The translations under genes and the position numbers were made by a program. This document shows, in pieces, positions 29,427 through 38,504 of a stretch of DNA of 64,000 bases. Each line of letters starts with the position of its first letter. Within the stretch, counting starts at the first letter, position 1. The stretch is from Candidatus Entotheonellaceae bacterium. Its GTDB lineage: Bacteria; Tectomicrobia; Entotheonellia; Entotheonellales; Entotheonellaceae. The stretch is from NCBI GenBank assembly GCA_965238075.1, contig OZ250173.1, positions 2,016,001 through 2,080,000 of the forward strand, in the 5' to 3' direction. Under the pieces are notes generated by a model. That model did not search any database. It was not told where the DNA came from and saw nothing but the letters and a program-made list of their open reading frames with translations.

Positions 29427-30235
29427 TGTCGGCGCTGCTTGAGGTGCGTGACCTGACCTTCGCATACCAGGACCGCGCGGTGCTCTCTAACGTGACCTTT
29501 TCCGTCGGCGCCGGGGAGGTGGTCGGCCTCGTCGGCCCGAACGGCAGCGGCAAGTCGACCCTGTTGCGTCTGGCCCTGGGCCTGCTGACGTCGGATCAGG
29601 GTGAGTTACGCGTCGTCGGCACTCCCATCGCGGCGTTGTCGAGAAAGGCCCTGGCGCGCCACGCGGCGTTTGTACCGCAGGACACAGTGATGGAGATTGC
29701 CTTCTCGGTCCGGGACGTTGTGGCCATGGGGCGGCACCCGCATCTGGGGCGTTTCCAGCCCGAGACGCCGGCGGATGGGGCGGCGATCCAATGGGCGCTC
29801 GAGGCCACGTCAACCCAGGCGCTGGCCGAACGCACCCTGCAGGAACTCTCCGGCGGTGAACGCCAGCGGGTGATTCTGGCGCGAGCGCTGGCCCAGCAAG
29901 CCACCATCCTGCTGCTGGACGAGCCGACGGCAAACCTGGACGTGGCGCACCAGTTGGAAATGCTTATGCTGGTACGCGCCGTGGTTCAGGAAAGGCGGTG
30001 CGCCCTGATTGCAATTCACGACCTCGCCCTGGCGGCGCGCTTCTGCGACCGCATCGTCATGCTGTCGGAGGGGGCCGTGGTGGCACTGGGCACGCCGCGG
30101 GAGGTCATCACCGAGGCTCATTTGGCGCGCTATTTCCGCATCCAGGCCAAGGTACGCTGGGAGCCGGAACTGGGCGGCCTGCTGGTGCTACCGCGCGCGC
30201 CGTTGCCGGAGCGGGGAGTCCCGCAACAGTCGTGA
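29426..30235 (+). CDS. btuD: Cobalamin ABC transporter ATPase
   Basis: GPNGSGKS, LSGGERQR, LLDEPT; TAATG overlap. Confidence 0.9.
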   Translation: MSALLEVRDLTFAYQDRAVLSNVTFSVGAGEVVGLVGPNGSGKSTLLRLALGLLTSDQGELRVVGTPIAALSRKALARHAAFVPQDTVMEIAFSVRDVVAMGRHPHLGRFQPETPADGAAIQWALEATSTQALAERTLQELSGGERQRVILARALAQQATILLLDEPTANLDVAHQLEMLMLVRAVVQERRCALIAIHDLALAARFCDRIVMLSEGAVVALGTPREVITEAHLARYFRIQAKVRWEPELGGLLVLPRAPLPERGVPQQS

Positions 30236-30270
30236 TACAATCCCCCGAATCCTATGGCTGTGGGGGGCCT

Positions 30271-30729
30271 ATGCGGAAGATATGGACCTGGATCAGAGAC
30301 AACGCAGGACCCATCATGGTAACCGTCGCCATCCTCGGCGGATTCGCCGGAATCATGCAATTCAGCGTCGTCAGACCCATCCACCAACGCTTCGACGCCC
30401 AGGACAAGTACATCAACCAGCGCTTTGATGCTCAGGACAAACGCATCGATGACCTCAGAGCGGACATGAACCAGCGCTTCGACGACCAGAATAAGTACTT
30501 CAACCAACGCATCGACGACCAAAACAGGTACATCAACCAACGCTTCGATGCAATAGACCAGCGTTTCGACGCCGTGGACCAGCGCTTTGACGCTCAAGAC
30601 AGGCGCATCGAGGAACTCGCCAAAGATATCTCCGAACTCCGCAAGCTCAGCGACCGCGTCTCCCGAAACGAAACACGAATCGACGCCCTCACGGAGCAGT
30701 TGCAGACCGCCGACGCGCCCTCGCCCTAA
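30271..30729 (+). CDS. Membrane-anchored coiled-coil protein with tandem NQRFD repeats
   Basis: N-terminal TM segment, then 11- and 7-residue repeats (NQRFDAQDKRI etc.). Confidence 0.75.
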   Translation: MRKIWTWIRDNAGPIMVTVAILGGFAGIMQFSVVRPIHQRFDAQDKYINQRFDAQDKRIDDLRADMNQRFDDQNKYFNQRIDDQNRYINQRFDAIDQRFDAVDQRFDAQDRRIEELAKDISELRKLSDRVSRNETRIDALTEQLQTADAPSP

Positions 30730-30768
30730 GCTGGACACAAGCCCACCTGACGCCGACCGATCCTGACG

Positions 30769-30987
30769 GAGTATCTGCGTACGAAGAAGCCCAGGCGATG
30801 GCAGCCTTCTCCGTGCCACCCTGAACGATATCCCACGGGCGCAGAACATGGGTCTGTTGCCGAGTGATATCGGCATGCCCCGCGAGGGGCTTTACAAGGG
30901 CGCTGCCTAAAAACGGCAACCCCATCTTCGCCACGGTCATGCGGACCACACGGGCGTTGGGCATGCAGTTATGGATTCACGGTGTAG
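30769..30987 (+). pseudogene. Degenerate addiction-module antidote, paralog of 40763-41050
   Basis: Reads EYLRTK..PGDGSLLRATLNDIPRAQNM..DIGMPREGLYK..NGNPIFATVMR..RALGMQL with a deletion and frameshifts. Confidence 0.85.
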
Positions 30988-31203
30988 AGATTTTCGTAGG
31001 AGGCGGTATCTGCTCAAGTATGGCGCCATTATCTGGATGACCTGCGACCGTTCCTGGGACCCTTTTGCAAAGACTGGAAAACTGGGAGCGGACTCGGCAC
31101 GGAAGGCAGGGCTGATCCATCAGCGAGGCTAGCGATCCATGGCACTTATGGCGGAACAGCGGCTCCCATTCAAGGCGATTCTGAGCCATCTTAGAGGTAG
31201 TAG

Positions 31204-32456
31204 ATGCCATTTTTCAGCAAAGACATCACCGATCTCTCACGACCGACGATCTCTCAGAGCTTCTCACGGATGGCGCGGTTGAGAACGTGCGCCCGGAGTT
31301 CAAAAGTCAACCTCCCGGTCCGGACGAAACGCTGAAGAAACTCAGCGGGTTTGCAAATACCTTCGGCGGTTATCTCATTGTGGGCGCTTCAGCATCCAGC
31401 TCCGATGCCCGTCTGACGGGCTATCCAGGTGTAGACCCGCAGCGGAATTACCGTCAAACCATCATCCAACGATGTCATGAGGGTATCTGGCCGCCGATTG
31501 AGGTGTTCGTATCCGATGGCATCTCGGCCCCAAGTGACACCAACAAAGCCTGCTACGTCGTCTATGTTTCGGAGAGTTGGGAGGCGCCTCATTTCCTTAC
31601 AAAGCGAAAGGGCGCCTGGATTCGTACTGACGAGTTCAGTCAGCGCTTCGAGACTCGACTTGTAACGTTCGAGGAGATTCAGCATCTTACAAATCGACGC
31701 AGGCTCGCCGTCGAACGTTATGAGCGCCTGTACAGCCGGGCAGTAGGCCGATTTGAATCCTTGGCAGCGCGTGAATACTCGGACCATCAAAGGACAACAG
31801 GTTCAATGGGGGCAACACTGTGTCTCAGCCTTTGTCCCCAGTTCCCAACACGCCCATTGATTGGGGAACACCAACTCTTGGAAATCATACGATCGGAAAG
31901 GATCCCTTGGCGGAACACCACCTTCCCTTTGGGTACGGAAATCATCACTCAACAGGAGAGCGTTCTTGTTCCGCAGCCAACAATGGATTTCTCCTTGGTG
32001 GAGGCGAACGTGTGGGGCCAGTTCACGTACTCCTGCGAGATTGAGTATCTGATCGGTGGAGAAGGGCTAGATAATGCCGGCATTCACCTGAACGCTTTTC
32101 TCGGTCACATACTTGTTTTCCTGGAGCACGCTCGAACGATCTATCACAAGATCGGCTATAACGGATCATTGCTTCTCCGCACGCTTCTAAAGCGAGTCCA
32201 AGGAAAGCATTTCCTACATTTTCCTTATGGTAACTCTCCAGTGCCTGGTCCTGCCTCTCGAATTGACGATGTGATCTCGTTCGACATTTCCAGTTCTGCT
32301 GTGAGATTGAATGAACAAAGGGATGAGGTGGCTGGCGACCTGCTGAAAACGCTATTTTTCTCCTTAAACTGGCCGGAGAAAGGTGCCGACTCCTCCGCTA
32401 ACACGGAGTTGCTGGATGCCGCCGCGGACTACAATTTATGGCGCCAAAGGTCGTGA
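31204..32456 (+). pseudogene. Schlafen/AlbA_2-domain protein with an early frameshift
   Basis: GAGG precedes ATG 31204 (MPFFSKDITDL). The frame shifts in GATCTCTC (31231-31238) to TTDDLSELL..ENVRPEFK..LSGFANTFGGYLIVG. Confidence 0.7.
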
Positions 32457-32525
32457 GCCTTGGCGACTGTGCCACCAATGGGGCAAAGCACCCCTTCCCC
32501 CCAGCTAAGCGGCGCATAGGGGAAT

Positions 32526-32555
32526 GTCGGATTACGCTGCGCTAATCCGACCTAC
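32526..32555 (-). repeat. GTAG-type REP palindrome
   Basis: Minus strand reads GTAG-GTCGGATTAGCGCAGCGTAATCCGAC; overlaps the stop codon of the 32552-33304 gene. Confidence 0.75.
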
Positions 32556-33304
32556 AGGGCAACGATGTCGGCGTAGGTGACGTAGGTCGGAGAGGAACTT
32601 TTCGAGTGAATGCCGTCGTCGTCCCTGACGGGGGCGACCTCTCGCTGGACGACTTGCCCCGGCTGGGCCTGGATGGGCGAGGTGAACATGGGGCCGTCGA
32701 TGACGCAGGTGTGGAACTCGCCGTTTTCGCCCAGGGGGTCGATGCCGTCGGGCAGGTCGGCGAGGAACTGGCGGTCGAACCATCGGCCCACCATGCCGCT
32801 CGGCAGCCGTGAGTCGCCGGCAGTAATGATGGCGCGCAGGCCGGTGGCGATCATCGTCTTCGCGAGCTGGGCGGTGCCGTTTCCCCAGACCGGGAACAAC
32901 GGGGTGAAGCCGGTGCCGCTGAGCTTGTCTTCCCGGTAGCGCCGGATGTCTTCCAGGAACAAGTCGCCGAAGGCGAGATGCGACGCCGTCTGGTGTTCCG
33001 GCAACGCCTGGACCCGGTCCAGAAACGCTTGCATGGCGGCTTCATACTGCGCGTTGGTGCACGGCGACGGGATCGGTATCTCGTAGAGCGGCAGGCCGAG
33101 CCGTTCGGACTGCAGCTTCAGGACCCACCGGGGCGTGGAGTGGATGGAGATGCGGTCAAAGGTCGTGGTGACGGTGGTGAAGATGCCGCGCACGTCGTAG
33201 CGCTCGGGCTGCTGCCGGAGCGTATGCAGCGCCCAGGCGGAGTCTTTGCCGGAAGACCAGGAGACCATGACGGGTACGGGGGTGGTTGGGTTGGCCGTGT
33301 TCAT
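32552..33304 (-). CDS. Dph6/DUF71-like PP-loop ATP pyrophosphatase
   Basis: SWSSGKDS, FGDLFLEDIRRYRE, DPLGENGEFHT. Confidence 0.9.
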   Translation of the reverse strand: MNTANPTTPVPVMVSWSSGKDSAWALHTLRQQPERYDVRGIFTTVTTTFDRISIHSTPRWVLKLQSERLGLPLYEIPIPSPCTNAQYEAAMQAFLDRVQALPEHQTASHLAFGDLFLEDIRRYREDKLSGTGFTPLFPVWGNGTAQLAKTMIATGLRAIITAGDSRLPSGMVGRWFDRQFLADLPDGIDPLGENGEFHTCVIDGPMFTSPIQAQPGQVVQREVAPVRDDDGIHSKSSSPTYVTYADIVAL

Positions 33305-33909
33305 TTCGTCCCTTCGGATTGACCCGTCACCGCGGCGATCAGGTCCAGAAGGTTGGTGATCTGATAGTTGGGGATGGTGACGACCTCGTCGTGCCCGGCG
33401 GCCTGGACGTAGCGGCTGAAGGTGTCCGGCGCGACGTCGCCGATGGTGTACTGGGCAAGCGGCTGCTCGCTCTTTGATCCGTACACCAGGATGATCATGT
33501 CCGGGCTGGCAATGCCGTAGGCTTCGGCGTCTCTGCCCAGCACGAAATCGCGCTCGATGCGGGTGCGGCCGAAGGCGGCCAGGGCGAGGTCAATGCGTTG
33601 CGTGAAGGCGGCGTCGGCTTGATGCTCGTGGTTTTCTGCGGGTTCGGGGCCTTGGTTGTGGCTGTGATAAAACCAGGCGCCGTTGGCGTCGCGTTCAAAG
33701 CGGTGCAGGGTGCCGGCGTGGCCGATCTCGACAGCCGCCAACTGCGCCAGCAGCGCAGGCAGCAGCATGCGTATCTCGTGTGCTTCTTGCCCTTGGCGTT
33801 CGTCCTCGGGAGCCATCAGATCGGTGCGCTCAATGAGGATGACCGCCCCCACCAGCACCACAAACACCAGCCAAACAACGATCAGGCGGGAACGCCTGCC
33901 AGCGTTCAT
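33301..33909 (-). CDS. Membrane-anchored accessory protein (DUF4340-like)
   Basis: N-terminal TM segment, YGIASP, IGDVAPD..RYV; ATGA overlaps at both ends; follows the GldG-like gene. Confidence 0.6.
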   Translation of the reverse strand: MNAGRRSRLIVVWLVFVVLVGAVILIERTDLMAPEDERQGQEAHEIRMLLPALLAQLAAVEIGHAGTLHRFERDANGAWFYHSHNQGPEPAENHEHQADAAFTQRIDLALAAFGRTRIERDFVLGRDAEAYGIASPDMIILVYGSKSEQPLAQYTIGDVAPDTFSRYVQAAGHDEVVTIPNYQITNLLDLIAAVTGQSEGTK

Positions 33910-35549
33910 CGCTGCTTCCACCAGACCGCGATACCGACCACGGCCAGGATGCCGGGGATGAGCACGATAGTCAGGAAGAGGGTGCCCTTCATCTGCCGAT
34001 TGGTGAGGTTGACGCGCGGCAGGTCAAACGTGCGGGGTTCGATGCCGATGAGGTTCTCCTGGGCCGCCAGGTAGCTCACCGTGTTAACGAACAGGGTACC
34101 GTTGCCCAGGATGTGGAAAAAGGAATTGGTAGCAAAGTCCGAGTCGCCCACGACCGCGATGCGCGACCGTCCGGTGGATGCGGGCGCCGTCTCCTCGTCC
34201 TCAGGCGGCAGGGCCGGTATGGGCGGCATGTCGTCCTGCGGCCCGAGTCGAATGGCCTGGGCGCTGCCGGGAGTGACCGGCCGCCGGCTGACGATGGCCA
34301 TGAGCGTATTCGGCCCCGCCTGATCGCCTTCGTCCAGCCCGACACGGTCGGGCGTCGTCTCGCCGTAGCTGTTGGTGGACGAGTTGACGATCGGCGTTAT
34401 GCTGGTGCCCGGCATCCGCTCGGGGGTTGGCGACAACGAACGCGCGCCGGGATAAAACGTCAGCGGCAATTCGCGGGTTACCTGGTGATGGTTGTAACTG
34501 GTGACCGCGGGCGACGACACGTCGGCCCAGAAATGCCTGGCCTCGTCGATGACGATGTTGTCGTCCAGCATCACGCCAAGCTCGCGCAGCACCGGCTCCA
34601 GACCGCTTTGCACGAAGGGGTCGAGCATGAAAAAGGCGTTGCCGTTGGCGGTCAGAAAATCTCCTATCGTCGTCACCTCGGTTTCCAGCAACGGCACCTT
34701 TGGCCCTGACACGACCAGCACTGCACAGTCGGCGAGCGCCCCGGTGCCGCGCAACAGGGACACCTTCTCCACCTTGTAATTCAGGGCTTCCAGGGCATGC
34801 CGCGCCTTGGCCATGCCGTGGCGTTCATGCACCATGGTTCTGCCGCCCAAACCGTGCGCGTGCCCGGCGTCGCCTTCCATATGATCGTGCGATTCGGTGC
34901 TGAAGGGGTCTGCCTCGCCATGGCCGTCGAGGAAACAGACGCGCTGATTGGCGCCTTGCGAGATGCGCAGGATGCCGTTGGCGATGTCCACCTCCTCGCC
35001 GCCGTGCACCTGCATGATGCGGTCGTCGCTTTCCAGGACAGCGGTGCCGGCGAATTGCACGCTCCGCATTCGGGCCTGTGCCGGGTTGATCATCGGGTCG
35101 TAGAAGTCCACCGTCACCAGCGGCGTTTGCGCGGCGATCAGTTCGTACAACTCGACCGTTGCGCGCAGCAGGGGGTCGTGGAAGAATACGATGTGCACCG
35201 GCTTTTCGAGCCGCTTCAGCATGGCTACGGTCTGCTTGGACAGCGAGTGTAGACCCGCGTCGGTGAGATCGAAACGCAGGGGATAGAGGACGGAAAGGTA
35301 CGCCACAACCAGCAGCACGCCCACCATGCCCAGGGCGTACAGCGCAATCTCCGTACGGCGGCGGTGCAGCAGGGCGCCGATGTCGCGGCGTAGCGCCACC
35401 AGGCCCCACACCATCAGCACGGCGCCGACGATGGCGGGCACCGTGGTCCACACCGACGGCTCCAGCAGAATCGCGTGAACCGCCAGCGCAGCCGCCAGCA
35501 GCGCGATCCCCAGCAACAGAATCAGGCCCGAAATGAAGGAACGTTCCAT
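33906..35549 (-). CDS. GldG-like ABC auxiliary protein
   Basis: RFDLT..HSLS, GHGE, VVGDSDF, C-terminal TM segment ending WWKQR. Confidence 0.88.
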   Translation of the reverse strand: MERSFISGLILLLGIALLAAALAVHAILLEPSVWTTVPAIVGAVLMVWGLVALRRDIGALLHRRRTEIALYALGMVGVLLVVAYLSVLYPLRFDLTDAGLHSLSKQTVAMLKRLEKPVHIVFFHDPLLRATVELYELIAAQTPLVTVDFYDPMINPAQARMRSVQFAGTAVLESDDRIMQVHGGEEVDIANGILRISQGANQRVCFLDGHGEADPFSTESHDHMEGDAGHAHGLGGRTMVHERHGMAKARHALEALNYKVEKVSLLRGTGALADCAVLVVSGPKVPLLETEVTTIGDFLTANGNAFFMLDPFVQSGLEPVLRELGVMLDDNIVIDEARHFWADVSSPAVTSYNHHQVTRELPLTFYPGARSLSPTPERMPGTSITPIVNSSTNSYGETTPDRVGLDEGDQAGPNTLMAIVSRRPVTPGSAQAIRLGPQDDMPPIPALPPEDEETAPASTGRSRIAVVGDSDFATNSFFHILGNGTLFVNTVSYLAAQENLIGIEPRTFDLPRVNLTNRQMKGTLFLTIVLIPGILAVVGIAVWWKQR

Positions 35550-35550
35550 G

Positions 35551-36258
35551 TCAACGCTGCCACTGCAGATAACTGGCGTTGAGGATCAGGGCGATGACGC
35601 AAACGACCAGGTAGAAGATCACCGACTCGGTGCGCACCAAGCCCTGCACGAATTCCTCGAAATGACGTGAAAACGAGAGGTAGCCCAAGAGACCTCGCCA
35701 CGCATAGGACGTCTGGAAGCGCTGGGCGTTGCCGATGAACCAGAAGGCCAGCAGCACCGCTACGGTGACGAGGGCCGCCACGATCTGGTTTTGCGTCAGG
35801 GCGGAGAACAGTTGGCCGATCGCCAGGCAGGTCATGCCCAGCAGCATGAAACCGATGTAGCCGGACAGGATCGTCATGCCCTCGGGGTTGCCGAACAGGT
35901 ACAGCGGCACCACATCAACCAGCGTGCCGGCCGTCATGAGCAGCAGGATGGTGACGGCGCCCGCGAACTTGCCCAGCACGATCTGCGAAGGCCGCAGCGG
36001 CAGGGTGGTCAGCAGTTCCATGGTGCCGGCGTTGTACTCACTGGCGAACAGCCGCATGGAGACGACGGGAAGGACCAGGAGCAGCAGGATAGCCATATTC
36101 TGGAAGGTCTCGGTCATCCTGGCATTGCCGGTGAGGAAGATGCTGTAGGTGAAGAAGTAGCCGGTGCCGACCAGGAACACCGCCATCACGAAGTAGGCAA
36201 TCGGCGAACGGAAATAGATCCGCAGTTCCTTTTGATACACGGCCAGGGCGCCGTTCAT
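35551..36258 (-). CDS. GldF-like ABC-2 permease
   Basis: KELRIYFRSPIAY, MRLFASE..GTMELLTTLP, SALTQNQIVA. Confidence 0.9.
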   Translation of the reverse strand: MNGALAVYQKELRIYFRSPIAYFVMAVFLVGTGYFFTYSIFLTGNARMTETFQNMAILLLLVLPVVSMRLFASEYNAGTMELLTTLPLRPSQIVLGKFAGAVTILLLMTAGTLVDVVPLYLFGNPEGMTILSGYIGFMLLGMTCLAIGQLFSALTQNQIVAALVTVAVLLAFWFIGNAQRFQTSYAWRGLLGYLSFSRHFEEFVQGLVRTESVIFYLVVCVIALILNASYLQWQR

Positions 36259-36294
36259 GCCGTCATCCCTCGCTGACGCTCGTGCTGATTCATC

Positions 36295-37269
36295 TTATAC
36301 GCTCGAGTCGCTGTCGCTCGCTCGCTGTGGCGACGGCGTCTCGCTCACATACTGCAGGAAGATGTTTTCCAGCGTCGGCTCCTGCCGCCCGAGGCCGTGC
36401 AACGGCCAGCGCGGCACAACAGCACGAGCAATCGCCGCCTCTACGCCATCGCGCGCCTCGATCTGGCATTCGACCCGCAGTCTGTCACCGGTGTCGCCAA
36501 TGGTCTCCACCTGCACGGTTCGCACGCCGTCTACGGACAACAATTCCTGCCGCACCTCGTCGGCCGGCGCCGTCACCTCCAGGCTCACGCGGTTCGTCTG
36601 CTCGAGTGCTCGCTGCAGACTGCTTGGCGAGTCGATGGCCAGCAGCCGCCCGTTATTGATGATGGCCACGCGCCTGCAGATCATGGTGACTTCCGAGAGG
36701 ATATGGGTGCTGAACAGCACCGCGTGCTCGGCGCCAAAGGAACGAATGATGTCGCGCGCTTCGTGCAACTGGCCCGGATCCAGGCCGATGGTCGGCTCGT
36801 CCAGCAGCAGCACCTGCGGTTTGCCGAGCAGGGCCTGTGCGAGCCCCACGCGCTGCCGGTAGCCCTTGGACAGCTTGTAGATTTCGCGCCGCGCCACGTC
36901 TCCCAGGTGACAGGCGGTGACGACGCGGTCGAACTCCGCAGCCACCTCCGAACGTGCCACGCCCTTGGCTTTGGCGACAAAGCGCAAATAGGCGGTCACG
37001 TCCAGGGTGTCGTAAAGCGGCGGGTGTTCCGGCAGGTAGCCGATAAGGGAGGCGGCCGCGTCGTTCTGGGTGGCCATGTCGTAGCCGGCCACGCTGACGC
37101 GCCCGGAGCTGGCCGTGATGAAACCGGCGATCATGCGCAGGGTGGTGGTTTTGCCCGAACCGTTAGGACCGAGGAATCCGACAATCTCGCCCTTTTCCAC
37201 CGAGAACGACAGGTCGTGGATGACGGTTTGGGAACCGTAGCGTTTGGAGACGGATTCGAGGGTAATCAT
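36295..37269 (-). CDS. GldA-like ABC ATPase
   Basis: GPNGSGKTT, LSKGYRQRVGLAQA, LLDEPT, STHILSEV. Confidence 0.92.
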   Translation of the reverse strand: MITLESVSKRYGSQTVIHDLSFSVEKGEIVGFLGPNGSGKTTTLRMIAGFITASSGRVSVAGYDMATQNDAAASLIGYLPEHPPLYDTLDVTAYLRFVAKAKGVARSEVAAEFDRVVTACHLGDVARREIYKLSKGYRQRVGLAQALLGKPQVLLLDEPTIGLDPGQLHEARDIIRSFGAEHAVLFSTHILSEVTMICRRVAIINNGRLLAIDSPSSLQRALEQTNRVSLEVTAPADEVRQELLSVDGVRTVQVETIGDTGDRLRVECQIEARDGVEAAIARAVVPRWPLHGLGRQEPTLENIFLQYVSETPSPQRASDSDSSV

Positions 37270-37302
37270 ACCGCCCGGCGTTCATGTTAGAGGTCAATCG
37301 AA

Positions 37303-37331
37303 GAAGGCCCCTTCCGCGCGGAGGGGCCTTC
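37303..37331 (-). terminator. GC-rich stem-loop between the lactonase-like gene and the gldA-like gene
   Basis: GAAGGCCCCT..AGGGGCCTTC inverted repeat with only a short T tail. Confidence 0.5.
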
Positions 37332-37342
37332 CGGTCACAGGG

Positions 37343-38215
37343 CTATTGATACCACTTTTCGCCCATCACCTCGTACTGTTCCATGCTGTGGCCCAACCAG
37401 AGCTGGGCGTTCTCGATGTCACGAATCATCTTGATGCGGTTCACCGAATTCGTGTAGTCGAGGATGCTGTAATTGAGCCCGGCGGGGTGCCCCTCCAGGT
37501 TCTCCTTCACCCACACGGCGTCCTGGGTCAGGAGGACCGTGCCGGTGTCGGCCAGTTGCACCTTGACCGACTGGTGGCCGAGGGTGTGCCCCGGAGTGCT
37601 GATGACGACCATGCTGCCGTCGCCGAACAGGTCATAATCGCCGTCCAGCTCGAAGTAGTTGAAATCACGCGCGTCGTCATAGTCCGCTACGACGTGCGCC
37701 CCACCGCGCTGGAATTTCTCCGGCCACCACGCCTGATACAGTTCCTTCTTCTGGATCACGTGGATGGCATCCGGGAACATCTCGATGTTGCCGATGTGGT
37801 CCAGGTGCGAGTGCGAGGTGATGACGATCTTGACGTCGCTGGTCTTGAAGCCGACCTTTTCGAGTTGCTTGTCCATGACCTCCGCGCGCGTCTGGGACGG
37901 TTTCAGGAGATCGCAAAAGCCGGTGTTCCAGTGGCTACTGCAATTGCCGTCGGAGATGGCCACGTTGTTGCCGGTGTCAAACAGCACCAGGCCCCTCGGG
38001 TGATCGATAATCCACATGTTGATGGGGATCATGATATCCCGGTCCTGGTCTTTCGGATAGGTGGGCAGCAAAACGCTAATGGGCAGGGGGCCGAACAGGC
38101 CGCTGGAGGTCCAGAATATCTTGGTCGGGGCGTGCCCGTGACTCATGGCGGCGACCGAGGAGGCGCCGACACACACCATGACGAGTATTGCCACAGCGAC
38201 TCCGAGCTTCTTCAT
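37343..38215 (-). CDS. Secreted AHL-lactonase-family (AiiA/AttM-like) metallo-hydrolase, copy B
   Basis: Sec signal peptide, LFDTG, HSHLDHIG, DLFGDG, TPGHTLGHQS, LGH. Confidence 0.85.
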   Translation of the reverse strand: MKKLGVAVAILVMVCVGASSVAAMSHGHAPTKIFWTSSGLFGPLPISVLLPTYPKDQDRDIMIPINMWIIDHPRGLVLFDTGNNVAISDGNCSSHWNTGFCDLLKPSQTRAEVMDKQLEKVGFKTSDVKIVITSHSHLDHIGNIEMFPDAIHVIQKKELYQAWWPEKFQRGGAHVVADYDDARDFNYFELDGDYDLFGDGSMVVISTPGHTLGHQSVKVQLADTGTVLLTQDAVWVKENLEGHPAGLNYSILDYTNSVNRIKMIRDIENAQLWLGHSMEQYEVMGEKWYQ

Positions 38216-38295
38216 ACGTCATCTCCTCCGATTGAGGGAAGGTCTGAACAAGTATCACAGCGGGAACGTTGCGTGCTGGAAGCCAGGCTTTGTTG

Positions 38296-38373
38296 GTCAT
38301 TCCCGCGAGAGCGGGAATCCACCGACTTTGGCCACCAACGAGCCTTCTGGACTCCCGCTTGCGCGGGAGTGAT
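38296..38373. repeat. Inverted pair of GTCATTCCCGC-type REP palindromes
   Basis: GTCATTCCCGCGAGAGCGGGAATCCA ... TGGACTCCCGCTTGCGCGGGAGTGAT. Confidence 0.8.
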
Positions 38374-38504
38374 CGGGAGTTGCATTGCAAACCGTCAGAA
38401 TCTGCAAGCTTGAGCAGATTTTCCAAGGGGGTGAGAACCGGCAGCGGCCCCGCCCCCTTTCATGCGAGCCTTCCCCGACATCAGAAAGGCTCACGCGGCG
38501 CGGG

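Noticed and set aside
30380-30610. CRISPR array
   Set aside because: The repeats are in-frame, degenerate and lack unique spacers, and there are no cas genes
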